From positions 15,438,001 through 15,502,000 of the forward strand of contig OZ249443.1 in NCBI GenBank assembly GCA_965235115.1: DNA of 64,000 nt, written 5' to 3'. The position numbers and the translations under genes were made by a program. A model generated the notes under the pieces. That model was not told the DNA's origin and did no database searches. It worked only from the letters and a program-made list of their open reading frames with translations. This DNA comes from Laetmonice hystrix (Eukaryota). Below are positions 62,001 to 64,000 of the stretch, piece by piece (within the stretch, counting starts at the first letter, position 1; every line of letters starts with the position of its first letter).

Positions 62001-63351
62001 CCCAGTAGGCTGGTACCCAAGAGAACGCAACTCTTGGCATGCTTGTCCCTCATTGTTGTTAACCCTGTAAACATCACCAATACCGTCTTTCATTGGGCAC
62101 AACATTCAATCAGAGAATTTATCACAGTACACGATATCAGTGCCATATATTTGATAAGGAGCAAGCAGTGAACACAAGTGAATCAACTGAAAGCTACTTT
62201 TACAGTGCCAAAGGAACATAACAAGTCCTTCCCTGTCTGAGAATAAATACCATTTGGAGTCACCTACCCATGGAGAATGTCACGTATGATGCCCGTTTCA
62301 GCTGCGGGAAACTCCTTCTTGATGCGAGACACCATGGTCTGGATGCTATTTGTGTCCTGGCCCTGGAAGCCAGCCTGGTGGAGTTCGGACACAGCCAGAC
62401 TCTCAACGTTCTTGTGTCTGTAACCAAACCAGTATTGAATCATGTAAGTGTACCGTGTCCTGGCCCTGGAACCTGGCCTGGTGGAGTTTGGACACAGCCA
62501 GACTCTCAACGTTCTTGTGTCTGTAACCAAACCAGTATTGAATCATGTAAGTGTACCGTGTCCTGGCCCTGGAAGCCGGCCTGGTGGAGTTCGGACACAG
62601 CCAGACTCTCAACGTTCTTGTGTCTGTAACCAAACCAGTATTGAATCATGTAAGTGTACCGTGTCCTGGCCCTGGAACCTGGCCTGGTGGAGTTTGGACA
62701 CAGCCAGACTCTCAACGTTCTTGTGTCTGTAACCAAACCAGTATACTGTTTGAATCATGTAAGTGTACCGTGTCCTGGCCCTGGAACCCGGTCTGGTGGA
62801 GTTTGGACACAGCCAGACTCTCAACGTTCTTGTTTGTGTCTGTAACCAAACCAGTATACTGTTTGAATCATGTAAGTGTACCGTGTCCTGGCCCTGGAAC
62901 CCGGTCTGGTGGAGTTTGGACACAGCCAGACTCTCAACGTTCTTGTTTGTGTCTGTAACCAAACCAGTATACTGTTTGAATCATGTAAGTGTACCGTGTC
63001 CTGGCCCTGGAAGCCGGTCTGGTGGAGTTTGGACACAGCCAGACTCTCAACGTTCTTGTGTCTGTAACCAAACCAGTATACTCTTTGAATCATGTAAGTG
63101 TACCGTGTCCTGGCCCTGGAACCTGGCCTGGTGGAGTTCTGGCCAAACTCTGTATTACTTAGGATTACTTAGCACCTGTCGTACTGGTAAAAGAAAGAAC
63201 GATAGAGAGGTCTGGTGGTACAGACGTTGTTATCAAACATGTGCTCCACCAAGTACTCTCCACTTGACATGGGGGCAGTTCCATGGTGTCGGACGTACAC
63301 TTCAGAAGCTTTAGGCTGGATATCCGCAAAGACTTTAGGCACTTTACACAT
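59044..63351 (-). CDS. Uncharacterised protein with two CUE/UBA-like helical repeats and C-terminal Gly-Pro repeats (isoform A, about 430 aa)
   Basis: Phase-consistent exons 63351(or 63270)-63176, 62417-62268, 62064-61814, 61680-61533, 61265-61128, 60987-60916, 60709-60545, 59248-59044. Repeats MVSRIKKEFPAAETGIIRDILHGVNNNEGQACQEL and LKEKMAAEFPDQTSTTLDMALDVCHYDEGRARTLI fit the CUE pattern (helix-FP-helix-L-xx-(N/D)-helix). The start codon is uncertain. Confidence 0.75.
62347..63140 (-). repeat. 103-113-bp tandem array, about 7.5 copies, each = intron end + AG acceptor + first 66 nt of a CUE-gene exon
   Basis: Minus-strand unit ...ggtttggttacag|ACACAAGAACGTTGAGAGTCTGGCTGTGTCCGAACTCCACCAGGCTGGCTTCCAGGGCCAGGACAC; the ORF track shows the 103-bp period. 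Confidence 0.93.
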
Positions 63352-63438
63352 TTGGTTTATCCCAAATCATGAAGGCTGGTAGGACCTCTAATTAAGATGT
63401 GTTACCATTCACCTCCCATGTAGACTAGATACTTGTAT

Positions 63439-64000
63439 GATATCAAAATTGATGGTGTCGGACGTACTCAGAAAAATGAATTTTTTTTACTTCAAGTTTT
63501 CAATTTTCAAATTTTCTGAATTGAGAAAGTTTAGACAGACCTTGTGTTTTTTAATTAAACATACTAGAAATTTGCTGCGTGATGCAAGAATATTTTTCCA
63601 TGAAAAAAATTTTGGGGGGTAAGTTTGAGACAGTTTTTCCATGGTGTCGGACGTACATTTTCTGGTGTCGGACGTACATTTGTGAAATCGGTAGTTGATA
63701 GGTTTTCCTGCAGGCACATTTTGGGGGACACTCCTAAAATAAAATCAGTTATTCCCCCCAGAAATTCAAAAACCTAACTCAAGCTACCCCCAAAGTAGTG
63801 TATTGCCATTTTCCTCCAGTCTCGACAAGATACTGACTTAAGAGTCTATGATATAAAAATTAATGGTGTCGGACGTACTTAGAAAAGTGAATTTCTTTTA
63901 CTTGATATTTTCATTTCACAAATTTTCTGAATTTAGAAAGTTTATGCAAAACCTGTGTTTTTTAATTAAACATTGGGAATTTGCTGTGCAGTGCAAGAAT
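63439..64000. repeat. Long (about 410-bp period) AT-rich repeat or element with a recurring GGTGTCGGACGTAC motif
   Basis: 63439-63590 recurs at about 63850-64000; motif at 63283, 63452, 63641, 63663, 63863. Confidence 0.7.

Noticed and set aside
1-64000. tRNA, rRNA, SINE or autonomous transposon genes; functional G-quadruplex claims for the poly-G runs
   Set aside because: No cloverleaf, rRNA or transposase/reverse-transcriptase ORF was recognised. The poly-G/C runs mostly lie within MITE-like fragments, and homopolymer lengths may be sequencing-dependent.

Overview
Eukaryotic, intron-rich animal DNA, most likely from a marine invertebrate bilaterian. It has GT-AG introns, many MITEs and minisatellites, and no prokaryotic features. 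I reconstructed three spliced protein-coding genes by hand from splice signals and reading-frame phase. (1) An AKNA/AKNAD1-family centrosomal coiled-coil gene on the minus strand, with ATG at 14137 and exons traced down to about 850; it probably continues towards or past the left edge. (2) A complete whirlin-family gene (WHRN/PDZD7/dyschronic; HHD1-PDZ1-PDZ2-HHD2-low complexity-PDZ3, about 965 aa) on the plus strand, 25603-49065. It lies head-to-head with AKNA, and the same two genes are neighbours on human 9q32. (3) An uncharacterised minus-strand gene (about 63350 to 59044 or 54136) with two CUE/UBA-like repeats and Gly-Pro repeats, ending in two homologous alternative last exons. The most unusual pattern is four tandem arrays, in all three genes, whose repeat unit is a copy of a real splice site plus flanking exon sequence. 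Each functional site therefore sits beside 5-16 near-identical decoys. Other points of interest are a whirlin-intron repeat built of RFX X-boxes, a CACGTG-rich minisatellite with higher-order structure, a hairpin with pri-miRNA geometry, and an inverted pair of TTAA MITEs. All gene models are manual; none was checked against transcripts or databases.
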